Origin: Curvularia clavata | Taxonomy: Eukaryota | Direction of reading: 5' to 3' | DNA: 64,000 nucleotides | Assembly (NCBI GenBank): GCA_023920165.1 | Contig: CP089279.1 | Span: 2,728,001 to 2,792,000, forward strand | Part shown: positions 25,509-37,358 of the stretch, in pieces | Layout of the letters: the number at the start of each line of letters is the position of its first letter | Position numbering within the stretch: position 1 is the first letter of the stretch | Made by a program: the position numbers and the translations under genes | Notes under the pieces: generated by a model | Seen by the model: only the letters and a program-made list of their open reading frames with translations | Told to the model about the DNA's origin: nothing | Databases searched by the model: none

Positions 25509-26545
25509 ATGGCGAGCGCAGACGTTCAGCAACCGCCCTCGCAAGAGGCAGCACCTGCACTGCCAGACTACCTTACGAATCCAGATGCTGTTCTTGGAGA
25601 CAAGGATGCAAAGTGGCGGTATGGCCGGGCTCCTGATTACTCCAAGACGCGGAAGATATACGCTGAAAGTAAGTTGTCTACAACCAGGACCATTTTGACC
25701 GGACGGCCGGGTAACTACTCTTGTTGCTGAGACTGAGGGTTCATATAGCAAAACAAATGACACACGAAGCCGGGTCTCTGCCCGAACTTGTTGAGAACCT
25801 AGTCAAGAACTGGGAAGTGGAAGCATCCTTCAAGCCCAGCATTGACGACTGGCGCACCATTGACCGGGAAAAGTACTCTTTTGCCATCAACGGAGGCAAA
25901 CCCGAAGGAGCAGAAAAGATGCTCGAGGTGGGCACTTACAATGCCATTATCGCGCCAAACGAGTACTACTCGCCCGAGTATTCTGACTTTGCGTCTTCAC
26001 ACAAGACGTTCAAGCGCATGATGCCCACGTTTGCATGGGAAGTGCTCGAGGTGTACAGCGGCCCGCCGACGGTCAGTTTCCGGTGGCGGCACTGGGGCCA
26101 GATGAAGAACGACTACGTGGGGTTCAACAACAAGGGCGAGAAGGTGACTGCGAAGGCGCATGGGGGAGCCATTGATATCCAGGGCGTCACGGTGGCAACG
26201 GTCAATGACAAAGTGCAGCTGCAGGATGTGCGTACGTGGTTCGATCCCATGGACATGTTTAGACAGATTGCACCAAACGGCGTAGTCAAGAAGGAAGGTG
26301 GGCCAAAGGGCATGTCACCTGGGGATGCGCTCGACGAGGCACAGGCGGGTGTAAAGGTGCCGGAGGAGCAAGAGCTTCCTGATGCTACAGTACAAAGCAA
26401 GGCCGAGTTTGAACGGACAATTGCCGAGATTGACGAGAAGAGAGCCAATGCATCGAGCGCAGAAGTGCCAGCTGGCCATCCTGATGTTGCCACTTCCCAA
26501 GGCGATGCGGGCGCGTGTCCGTTCATGTCTGGAGCCCAGCGCTGA
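25509..26545 (+). CDS. Pathogen-related protein family (SnoaL/NTF2-like) (2 exons)
   Basis: KWRYGRAPDYSKT, SLPELVENLVKNWEVEASFK and FAWEVLEVYSGPPTVSFRWRHWG. Intron ~25669-25748. Confidence 0.8.
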
Positions 26546-28947
26546 ATGCACTCGGATTCGATATTTTTCAAGTCACAGATTACCAACGAGGAGACGGATT
26601 AGTAAATGCACACATGTGTTTCGTCATCTTGTGGGATTGTCCTTGGTGATCAGGATCCAACTCGGGTCTTGCATGATGTTGCTTTATTCGTGACGCGTAT
26701 GGATCCGAGTGACTAATTCACTTGCTGTATTTGGGGACGCAGTCAGTAGGCTACAGAGGGCAACGAATGGAATCGAAAAACCGGGTATTGCGTTCCGAGT
26801 TTCGACCTTGCCCAAGCTCTTGGTCATTCACCCAGTTGATAGTGTACGTGGAGTAAGCAACAGGCCGAGGAACACGGAAGGAGGTACACGGAGTGGGTCG
26901 GAGCTCGCATCCAGGTTACTCAGTGATGACTGTGCAATCCACTTTGCGCGCCCCATTAGTCCCATTGCGGACCTCAGTCACGTTCACGTTGGACATGTGT
27001 GGGGCGAGGGCGATGGATAGTGGCCAGCTGACCAATGTGGAAGCCACGATGCTCACACTGGGAAAGAACCGTGAAGCATTGTTCGGGGCAGCCTTTCGTC
27101 ACGAGGGAGATGTGTGGTGGCGAGCGTACTATGGACCCTCGACGGGTTCAGTAGCCCCTGATACTGGTGTGATGGTCGTCACGCAAATGAAAAAAAAGGG
27201 TGCCACAGGTATTTGGTTGGGTGCTAAGACCGGGAAGAATGAAATGCAGGTAATGATAGCCAGCGTTGCCTACCCAACAAGGGACTTGGCGGCAGCGAGG
27301 ATTGAACAATGGTAGGCAGCAGTGAGTCATAGGGGGTTTTGCAAGCCCCATCAGCATCGTCATGCTCACTACGGCAATTTGTTTGGGCCTTGATGTCCGG
27401 CGCTCGTGATATTAAGGAGGGCTCTGGCGACGATGACGCACCAGTTCAGGCGGCGTCAGCCTCTCAGACGGGAACGCAAATTTGCTTGCGGCAGATGGAG
27501 GGGGGGCGCTAGGCGTGCAGTGTCTCTTCTGCCTGCGATGGCACCGTGAGGGCTAGGTGAGATGGTGGACGAGGGCGGGGGAGGCGCCAATCAGCTGGGC
27601 TTGGGCTCGGCTATGCCTGGGTGGCTCAGCCCGGAAGAAGTCGTGTTCCGGAAGAGGGCGGGCGGTGGCGGGCGGTGATTGGCCGACTGAGGAGGCGGTA
27701 GCTTGGCGCTTCTGGAAGCAGGCGGGCAGTGTCGCAGCGCCAGACGTTTGGTGTGAGCGAGGCCGGGCATGGCAACCATGACTGTATGGCATCTAGGGCT
27801 GGTGTGGGTGTGGGTGCGGTAGCCGGCCGCGCCCGTAGATACGAGGGAATGGAGCGGCAGAGGCGAGTGGGGAAGAGGGAGATGGCAGGCTCGGGCGTAT
27901 TTGCGTCATGGAAAGCCAAGCCAAGCAAAGCAAAGCAGAAGAAGATGCGGCATTTGTTCGGCGGTGCGGGTGCGATGCAGTGCAGCGCAGGCTGAGGAGT
28001 TTGCATCAGGGCAGGGCAGCGTCGCATGATGAGATTACGAGCGTCGCAGCCGCCATTGGACTCTGGCTATGCACAGCACGGGCAAGGCAAGATGCAATCT
28101 CTTTGCGGCCTAGCGCCGAGTACCCAGCCAATGGCAGCGCCGCCAAACACTAGACGCGTGCCTGCCTCCCAGCCCGTCGGAGCCCTCATCTAACCCAGCT
28201 GAAAGCGACCAGCACCGCGACGAGACGGGTGTGTCACGTCCAAACCGCCGTCGCCGTCGCCCGCCATGCTCCGAGCGTGCCACGATTCTTGCAAGCGGCG
28301 CGAGGAAAAGGGGACTCCGAAGTGCAGCTGTCGCAGAGCATAGCCGTCGCAGGTGCAGTTGCTCGCAGGCCCAGCGAGGCAGAGGGGCGGCAAGCGGCAC
28401 ACTGGGCTGGAGTGGACTGGAGTGGACTGGAGCCAGCTGCGCCAGCCATGGCATGGCGGCACTGGGCAGGCCATCCACCCACCGGCCATGCAATCCGACT
28501 GCGGCCTGTCGCCAGTCGATGGATGCGTGACGCTGCATTTGCAAGGCTCGAGGGGGAAAGGCGTCTCACCCACTCTGCTGCGCTGTGCTGTGCTGCTGTT
28601 GTTGCTATTGCTGCTCTCATTGTTGTTGTCCAGTGCACATGGCAGAAAATAGCAGCAAACAAGCAACGGTCCAGCGCGAGTGGCGGATGCTCTGCACGTG
28701 CGAACAACAATGAGGCAAAGCAAAGAAAAAAAACCTGCGCCAGTGCGATGAGTCTTCTTGGGTAGCTCTGCTGGGAATGTGTGTGTGCGTGTGTGTGGCA
28801 AAGAGAGGCAAGCTGGCCATAGCGCCCCGGGCCTGGCGATGACTGGACTGGACCGGGGGCGGCGCTGCGAGCCAGACGAGACGGGGTTTCCTATTAGTAT
28901 CCCCAGTGCCGCCCAGCCCGTCTCCTCTGCTCATCAAGACAGCAGAC

Positions 28948-28992
28948 ATGGACTTCACGAACATCACCGCCGCCGCCTGGGGCCTGATCTAG
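28948..28992 (+). promoter_or_regulatory. Candidate uORF1 (MDFTNITAAAWGLI) upstream of the cyclin gene
   Basis: ATG in gacATGg context, 14 codons then TAG, at the start of an AUG-depleted C/T-rich tract. Confidence 0.4.
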
Positions 28993-29543
28993 GTCTACAT
29001 CCAGCAATAGTGTCGTCTGTTCTCTGTCGCAGTCCGCTTGTCGCCTATTCCACAAACCCACTCCCTTGCCGTCTTTGTTCCAGGTAGCAGTCTTCCGCAC
29101 GACCGCCGTCGCCGCCACGCACACTGCCGCCTACCGCATAGACTCATCGCCCGTCGTTAGTCAGTCATCGCTCCAGCGAGAGATAAGGGTCCCTAGAGCC
29201 TTGTCCTGCAGCCCTTCTCTACAGACGGTACCTGCGTCGCAACCTCGTCCTCTCTTCCCCTCTTCCTCGCGGTTCGCGCCTTTCCCGCCTTGACCGACTC
29301 TCCGACCGCCACTTCCTCACACGTCAGAACCTCACCCACCTCACGCCTACCCACCCGTTTTTTATGTCCCCCGCCACCCAATAGTAATAAACCAACACGC
29401 AAACAACTAAACAAACACTCCTCCATTACACACAGACACATCCGCCATTCCGCTACCAACGCCCAAAGTCGCCTAGCTTGGTGTTACCGCTGCACGGTAG
29501 ACACCATCCTCGACTACTTTACCCAACGCGTTACAGTACCACA

Positions 29544-29639
29544 ATGTGCCCTTCGGCCTACACTGCTTCAGTCACTCGTCGCTCGGAATTCACCATTACT
29601 TTCGGAAACAAGGCCTTCGTCGGAGGCTTCGCTTGCTAA
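29544..29639 (+). promoter_or_regulatory. Candidate uORF2 (MCPSAYTASVTRRSEFTITFGNKAFVGGFAC) in the cyclin 5' leader
   Basis: ATG in acaATG context, 31 codons with mostly C/T-ending codons. No further ATG between it and the cyclin start at 30191. Confidence 0.55.
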
Positions 29640-30190
29640 GACTCCTCCCCGCACCCCCTCAGACTTCCAGCTCTTTGCGACAGCGCCCACTCCCTGCTGT
29701 TCCTGAGCTGTAACCTCCGAGTGCTTCGCGGACACGTCTCCCACAACGGTCTTGTTTCGGTGATTCTGCAGTTGACAGTGACTAGAGGCATCTCTCTCTA
29801 GTACGCACCTGGCAGCTTTTTTCGACCACTTGACACTGTTCGAATCCTCTACCATCTGCGGCATCGTCAAATACCCTCGATTCTCCCGCGTATCTACTTT
29901 CTGCTCTCGTCACTCCACAGTCACACCACTCAATTTAGCGGGGTGATTCACGATCCAGACACAAGATCTCCAAAGTTTATACGTCAGAAGACACAGGGTC
30001 GCCCTCTTACGGTTTGTCCCATCGGTTAAGTCCTCGGTCACTCCACGACCACTACTTCATCACGCGCTTCGCCACTTCTTCAGGTCTACCTAACGGTCAG
30101 CACTCGAAGACGTAACGACAAAGTCTACCCTCCACTCCCCACTCACTCCTTCTTATCTCTTTTATCCTCATATACCCCCCTTTCCTAAAC

Positions 30191-32284
30191 ATGAGTCTCG
30201 ATATTCCCCGTTCCAACTACGGCTACTTGCCTGAAACACACCCATACGCCGCCCCCCTTTCCTCTTCCGCCTCCTCTTCTACTTCTTCAGTCTTCTCAGA
30301 CGCTGCGTCACAGACATCCAGCGCAAGCTCCACATCGTCGCATTCCAATTGGGATCCAGAGGAATGGAGTCGCAACCAGGCTGCTCAGGCGTCCACTGTT
30401 GACCCTACTAGCTTGGCTACTTTCCAGACCCTTAGCAGAGTCAGCACTTTTCCTCAGTACCAGCCTGCGGTATGCCGCGAGCCCATGCAAGAGAGGTTGC
30501 CTTCTCTGCGTACAGAGTTCCTAGCACCCCCGGAGCAGCGTCAGAATCCTCGTCGGTCGTCGGCGAACGTCAACCAAAGACCTCCCCCGCAGTTGGTCCG
30601 GCAATCCGATCGCAAGGTCAACTTCGTCGATTGCCTCGTCGGTTAGTACACACTTTATCCCTGGCCTCCAAGGTTCCTCCGCTGATTTGTCCCCTTTCAA
30701 GATTCTGCTACTCAAATGGTTGAGGTCATCTGGCAGCTTTCCGAGCCCAAGAGCCGCTGTGAGAATGCTTCTGGACGCGGGGTACTTCCCCTCCGCATGT
30801 TCATCCAGGAGACTCTCCGCCGATCACGCACCAGCTACTCTACGCTCCAGGTTGCTCTCTACTACTTGATCCTCATCAAGCCTCACTTGCCCAAGCATGA
30901 CTTCACCATGTCGCAGCCCGAAGATGCTTCTCTTCGCGCGCTCCAGTGTGGTCGCCGCATGTTCCTTGCTGCCCTCATTCTCGCTTCAAAGTACCTGCAA
31001 GACCGCAACTACTCGGCTCGCGCGTGGAGCAAGATCTCTGGTCTCAAGGTTTGCGAGATCAACACCAATGAGATGGCCTTCCTCGAAGCTGTCAACTGGA
31101 AGCTGCACATTGTCGACTCCATCTGGGAGAAGTGGCAGGAGGTCGTTCTCCGATATACTCCTACTCTTCCCCCACCGTCGCCTGGTGCTGCCATTCCCAA
31201 CACCTGGAAAGATATCATTCCCCTGCTGACACCTGAGCTGGATATCATCGAGGTGACCCCAAAGCCAGCCAACACTCCCGTTCGCCCGCCTTTGAGGACA
31301 CAGCTGAACGCGTCGCCCTACCGTCAGCCATCGCTTGACGCATGTGGCTCGCAAGAAAGCACTCCGACTCCATCTCAGTACCAGGTGCCTCGCTTCTTGG
31401 AGCCAAAGCCAGACCTGAACCGCACTCCGTCGTTGCCATCCATGGCTCGCCTGGGTCCTCTGCCTACACCTTCACTGACACCGCAGCCCATTGCCAACAG
31501 CACTCCTGTAGCGGGTGCCATGTCTTTTGGTCTGCGACGTCCGTCCATGTGCTCTGCCATGCAACAGGCCCAGTGCTCGTCGTTGGCACGCTCTTGTGTG
31601 GACCAGTTCAACCCAAGCATCAAAAATGGCCTCGAAGCCTACCACTTCCCGAGCCGACGGCCTTCCTTGGCTGCATCAAACGCTTCCCTGTCATCGTCTC
31701 CAGAGTCAATGATCTCGGACAACTCACGCTCTTCCCGTGCTTCATCAATCTCGTCAGTTTCATCCGCCGGCTGGGCGCCAAACCAAAGTCAGGCCAACCT
31801 GGCTCGACTGGCGACCTGCCGTAGCGCGAAACTGCCGTACCCAACATTGTCAAAGTGCAAGGAACAGTACGAGTACGCTCCGAGCGAGGCCATGTCCTCG
31901 CCTGATCTGGACAGCTTCCACATTGATGATTCGGATTCGTCGCCCGCCAAGGTCGCAAGCCCGGCCGTCGTCGCTCCTGCAAGCCGTAAGCGTGGCAGGT
32001 CGTCTGTGGATCTCCAGCAGAACGTCCGACACCTTCTCCACAGCACCCGCTCTGCATTTGACCTTCGCCAAAAGACGGTTCTTCCCGATCGATCAGTCGC
32101 ACAGTCATTCGCGTTTACTTCGCGCAGTGAACCCAAGGGGCTGCAGTCCCCTAAGAGCACTGTCCCTGGCTGCTCGCGTCTTCCGGTCCAGAAGGATTTT
32201 GGTAAGAAAAGATCATGCTGCAGCACAGAGGCCGCGCAGGCATACCGCCCGCAAGGCCCTGGCATGTGGGCTGGCATCCTATGA
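30191..32284 (+). CDS. CLG1: Pho85-type cyclin, Clg1/Pcl5-like (2 exons)
   Basis: RQSDRKVNFVDCLV|DSATQMVEVIW and cyclin box LPLRMFIQETLRRSRTSYSTLQVALYYL...CGRRMFLAALILASKYLQDRNYSARAWSKISGL. Intron ~30642-30701. Long S/P-rich tail. Confidence 0.88.
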
Positions 32285-32926
32285 AGACACATCGTCAAAC
32301 ACGAAAAGCCCAAAGAAGGCTTCATGAAGAAAGAAGACAAGGCAAAACACATCTTTGAGCCTTTCCTATCTACACCCCACATCCTCACCATCTCTCTATA
32401 CGCCCGTGTATATTTTCTATCATCACCTCCAACCCACCCACTAGTGTACGATTTCCTAGTTTCGGGACGGCACGAGCGGGCGTCTCTTACAGATGTTCAT
32501 TTACAGCTATTTAGCTCTAGTAATACCTAACTGGGTTTACTCTGCTGGCGTTTTTTTTCTATTACTATCTCTTTTGTCTGCTACTACTTGGCGTTAAACA
32601 ATTATCACTGGGACACTTGCTCGGTTGAGCAACAGGTGGGAAATATCCTCGATTTGCAGCAAAGGGTGCATTTTAAGCATGGTCAAACGGATTGCAAGGC
32701 AGGGAAGGAGTTTCAAGTTTGCTCGCGCACGCGCGCGCCACACAAATACCCTTTGTTGATGTGCCAATGTACGTTTTTTTCTGATGACGTGCGGGGGCGC
32801 GGTACGATGCGGTATACGCATGGCGCTTATGTCTAGTGAGTAGATAGTGGTAGTAAATCAGATGCCGAGATGCATACTCCCTCTATGTCTTGAATGTATT
32901 TTGGTGATTTTCTCTTACCATCCTGT

Positions 32927-34081
32927 TCACGCCCTCCTCACATCATCCGCAACCTCTCCTGCGCCTCCCTCCTTGCCCATCTCCCTCGCAACCCTCACAC
33001 TCTCCCTCAACGCCTTGCCCACCCCCGCCCTCACCCCCATCTCCTCCAACACCATAATCCCCGCTATCGTACTTCCCGCCGGACTCGTCCCTATATCCCT
33101 CAATCCACTCGGCTGCAATCCCCCTCCTTCTTGCATCATCATCTCCGCACTCCCGCGCATACTACTGCATATCATCTTCTGCGCCATATCCCGCGGCATA
33201 CCCACTGCTACACCCGCATCTACCATCGCATCCACAATCACGCCCCCAGAAAGGCGGGAATCGAGCCGCCCACGGGCAAGTTGCAACAGGCCATGAGGGA
33301 AGCAGGTACAAATTGGACTTGGCCGATTTGCCGGAAGAGCAAAAGTTGCAGTCGTGAGGAGGTGTCCTAAGATAGGCTGAGAGGGAGCAGGGAGTTCGAT
33401 GGTAGTAAGTGAGTGTGAGACTTGTGCGCAGACGTTGGGGAGGGCGCGGACAATGTATAGGGTGCTTGGAGAAGGGGAAGCCGAAGACGAAGTGGAAACC
33501 GAAGGGGAGAGGAGAGTGGTTAGCCGCGCGACGGATAGACCTGCTATAACGCTGATTACGAGTTTCTCTTTTTCTTGATCGTTCTCGCACGATGAAGTAG
33601 GAGGGTTGCGGTGAAAAGCCGCCTTGATGTCCGGTTGAGATACCAGGGCTTCGACTTGCGAGGGATCAACGGCGAGGATGACGACGTCGGAGGTGGATAT
33701 GGCGGAGCGTACAGCCCTGGGGACCCGGGCGATGGAGAGTTTGCCAGAGGAGGTGTGCGGTGCGAAGAGGGTGGACAGGCGTGTTTCGGATGATGGTGAG
33801 GCAACGCAGGCTGTGTAGTGGGTGAATTGGACGCTGGGGGAGGTTGGGGTGCTGGAGAGCAGAGTGGAGAGAATGGGGGTGCCGAGATTGCCTGAAGAAA
33901 GGGTGAGTGAGTGAGTGAGTGAGTGAGTGAGTGAGTGAGTGAGTGAGTGAGTGAGTGAGTGAGTGAGTGAGTGAGTGAGTGAGTGAGTGAGTGAGTGAGT
34001 GAGTGAGTGAGTGAGTGAGGTTGGGAGAGAGAAGAGATATTATGTACCGCAACCGAGCATGTAGAGTCTTCGTTCTGTCAT
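32927..34081 (-). CDS. Pyrroline-5-carboxylate reductase-like protein (2 exons; internal compensated frameshift)
   Basis: MTERRLYMLGC|GNLG Rossmann motif, DVVILAVDP, LVISVIAG, IVRALPNVCA, DAMVDAGVAVGMPR and TSPAGSTIAGIMVLEE. Intron 34047-33892. Confidence 0.8.
33903..34018. repeat. (GTGA)n tetranucleotide microsatellite, ~29 copies, inside the P5C reductase intron
   Basis: Perfect tandem GTGA run read directly from the sequence. Confidence 0.98.
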
Positions 34082-34536
34082 GATGTCTTTGGGAATGTCG
34101 GAAGACGTCTGTCTGGGCTGGTGGACTAGGTGCTTGTGTGGTGTCTAGACCAGCAACTTGAAGTATTGCTTGTGTATTCCAATCCCAAGAAGCTAGTAGG
34201 AATTCTTTGGCTCTTGTTTCGACTGATGATTCTTTCGACGCTCTTATCCTACATGTCCGTTCTGCAATGTCTTATATGTAAGTCGACGTCGTACGGTTAG
34301 CGCCATCTCGGAAAAGCAACCTGTCAATCCACCCCACGTCTAGTTTTCCTAGTTTGATTGTATAAGAGGGGCAAGCAAGTAATTGTTTCTAGCCCTTTGA
34401 ATTCCAAGTCCGGCTCGGATACATGCGGCCATACAATTGTCAATGACAACTGCACATTTTGTTCAAGCTCGTCTTCGATGACGATGGATCTTCCAAGATG
34501 CACTAACATGAATACCATTTCCATCTACGCTCTCCT

Positions 34537-36008
34537 CTACACCCCCAAAGCCCTCCTCCTAACCTCCCTCCTCAACGCCCTAAACTCATCTTTCGTTCTT
34601 AGCACCGCATCGCGATTCTCCACCGCCCTTCTAGTCAAATACCCCATGCACTCGCCCATACTACCCCATGTCGTGCACTTGAAGACTTCCGGTGGCATAC
34701 CCCCCTCATCCTTTAACGCAAGCAGCGAGAAACTCACTTCGTCAGACATACCCTGCAGCTGACCATATGCCACCGGCACCGTCGGCAACCCAGCCTCTAC
34801 CCGCTGACGATGCAGTGCCGCAGCCGCCATGACGGAGTGGCGATTGTGACTTGCAAGGAGGAGATTGAGCGAGGGGAAGGGACGGGCGTGAGGTCCCTGT
34901 CCACCAAAGACACCGAGGTGTTGGCGCAGAGCTCCCTGCGCTATGGTGTCGTAAGCCTTGTCCGTATCTTCCTTCGTATCGTGGATTAAGGCACGGTTTT
35001 CCGAGAGAATGTATGCGCCACGCACGAGTTTCAGGCCAAGTGTGAAGTTGTGTTTTTCTGCTTCAGCCATGTGCTGCAATATGACAGCGGACGTCTCTTT
35101 GAGATAGGCTTGGTACGTGTTGTAGATGGTGGCTTTGCCGTGGCGGTTGAACTTGCGCATTAACTCGACTGTCGTGCGGGCGATGCCGTGCTGCCAGTGC
35201 TGAGACTCAGCGTCGACAATGACCTGAATGCCGCGTTGCGTGCATATGGTTGCCAGTTCGTCCAGGGCGGACATCATTTGAGGGGGCGGCAGTTGGCCTT
35301 GACTAAAAGCTGCAGAGACGGTTGGCCCAGCACCTGTTGTTCTGTTTGAATGTTAGTCACGGGATTCATGGCTATAGGTCTCTGAAGAGACACTTGCTTT
35401 ATAGCTAAAATGTCGCCTTCGGAAATCAGGTCCAGTGTCTCTAGCGTTCCTGCTCTCCACGCTTCGATATCTGCGTCATGTGGCAATGCTGCTCTTTCAA
35501 TGCCACTACTTTTCGACTCATTCTGCTTCGCTGCCTCCGTCCTGTGATCAAACACAATTTCCCTCGCGTACGTTAGTATGACTCCCTTGAATCCAAGATC
35601 CTTGAGCTGCTTCACGCATGCCTTCGTCTCTTGCGCAGTTTCTCCCCCGCAGAATTGCTTGTACACGGTGCTCTTCAAGACCGCCTTGAGAATCGGGTTC
35701 CGCTCAATGTTGAACAGGAAGCCTCGGTTTGGCTTTGACAAGAAAGACAATAGGTGCAAGGACGGTATCAGCAGGGCCTTGGTGGATGATATGGTGGCGA
35801 TGAAAAGTGAGCGGAGTAACATGCTCGTGGGCATTGCTGACAGCGGGAACTGCACTCGTTGTTGAGATACATTTTGCTGTGTATCTTTTGGCCGTGGCAG
35901 TGTAGTGGTAGAGCTGAGCCGAATCCCAAATGTGTTGACGCCATTGGAAAGGCGTGTTCTATGGTATATGTGTCGTATCTGCGTCCCGCTGAGTCGCGGC
36001 TGAAGCAT
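34537..36008 (-). CDS. PUT1: Proline dehydrogenase (proline oxidase), mitochondrial (2 exons, GC-AG intron)
   Basis: Arg/Ser-rich presequence, YKQFCGGET, IVDAESQ, YNTYQAYLK, LKLVRGAY, ASHN, YGQLQGMSD and YLTRRAVEN. Confidence 0.9.
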
Positions 36009-37358
36009 GGCTGCTGTTCAAACAACAGTAGAATATCAATGTATCACGGATAATGGAATTGTAGAAGTAATAAACTTTGCAAACACCTAAGAATAATCCA
36101 TCCTCAACTCTTCTGACGCCCTTATCTCACTGCGCTGTCTATCATGTACATCATAACCCCGCTCCGTATCCGGAACGTGGGGCTCGTGACTACCGCGTGG
36201 GAGTATGCAGAGCCCTAACCCGGGCCGGTTCTGTTTTGGGTTAGAGGCTAGCGCTAGCATACTACGAGCATCGACATGCAGATGTGGCAAGGTGAGACGA
36301 TAAGCAGCCGTCCATACCAGGAATTTTGTGTGTCGATGCAGAATTCCATGGTGTGACTTTTACTCACTGGACGCGGGTTAAACACTGAGTGGCTTGATGG
36401 AGTTCCTGCCGTGCATCTAGACGTCTTTGCGGTACTTACACCATGCTTGAACCCTGAAAGGCGAAACTGAGACAAAAAATAGTCAGCGTCCCAGCCAGGA
36501 TCTCATGTTAGAGGTGCCATGAATATGCTAAGTTGCGAGTCTTCTCACGGGCAGTACTATGATGGATCGTCTGGACCTTGCCCCTATGAGTTATAATGCC
36601 TTGGCTGCGACCCTGTCCTCAGCCCACCTTTCAGCTAGTCTGGATAATCAACCGTGCACACTTCTGCTTTTGATCCACTTGCCACTTTGGTGAGCTGTGT
36701 GCTAAAGCTGGGGCTGCAAATTTGTGCACTGAAGCTGCTCGGCTTGAGCTCAATGCCATGGAAGACGTCAACGGAGGAGAGGGGGAGATGTAAAGAGAGG
36801 GGCAGGAAGAGTGGGACGAGGGGGACGAGGAATGGACGGCATAAGTGTAAAGGTTGTTTCACCACCAGCACGAATCCAAGTGGTTGCGGGGTTGGTTTCC
36901 AAAGACACTGTATTAGGCTGTGTTGGAAGCTAATTGTGGCTTGGGCACTGGGCGTGTTCGTTGACATCACCTATACGCCAGGGCCTTCAAAGTCAGCCCT
37001 GTTCCTACCCCGCGTTTTTGTAATGTGTATCGTGCTCATGCGAACAAACTTTAGGCTGATTACAGTATACAGAGTTTTCGTCTCAAATCGGGAAGCATGC
37101 CGCGAGGTCCAGGCAACCTTGGAACTCGGTGCGTACTTCAAGAACGCATACCGGTGGGAAACTTCCATTTTGGTTGGATCGGGAGGTCCAGGGTGACAAG
37201 GCTGAAGTTCAGCCTTGCGTATTTGTAAGGATTAGGGATCTCGTTATGGTGCAGCTGAAAAGCGGCATATATTAGGTCATATTCCCGCGGGGCAAAATAA
37301 CTCCCGATCCAAGCATTGCTTCTCGACTCAGAGTTAACTATAGCAATTTCAGTCCATC

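Noticed and set aside
26700..28900. Many overlapping 70-200 aa ORFs on both strands
   Set aside because: GC-rich, low-complexity promoter-like DNA with short simple repeats. No recognisable motifs or coding-like codon pattern.
30060..30190. Non-AUG N-terminal extension of the cyclin
   Set aside because: An in-frame TAA near 30113 limits any extension to about 25 codons.
33666..34052. ORF with (THSL)n repeats
   Set aside because: It is the translation of the intronic TCAC microsatellite, not a protein.
36550..36850. Acidic peptide fragment (EEWDEGDEEWTA) suggesting a gene remnant
   Set aside because: Too short and purine-biased to support a call without a homology search.
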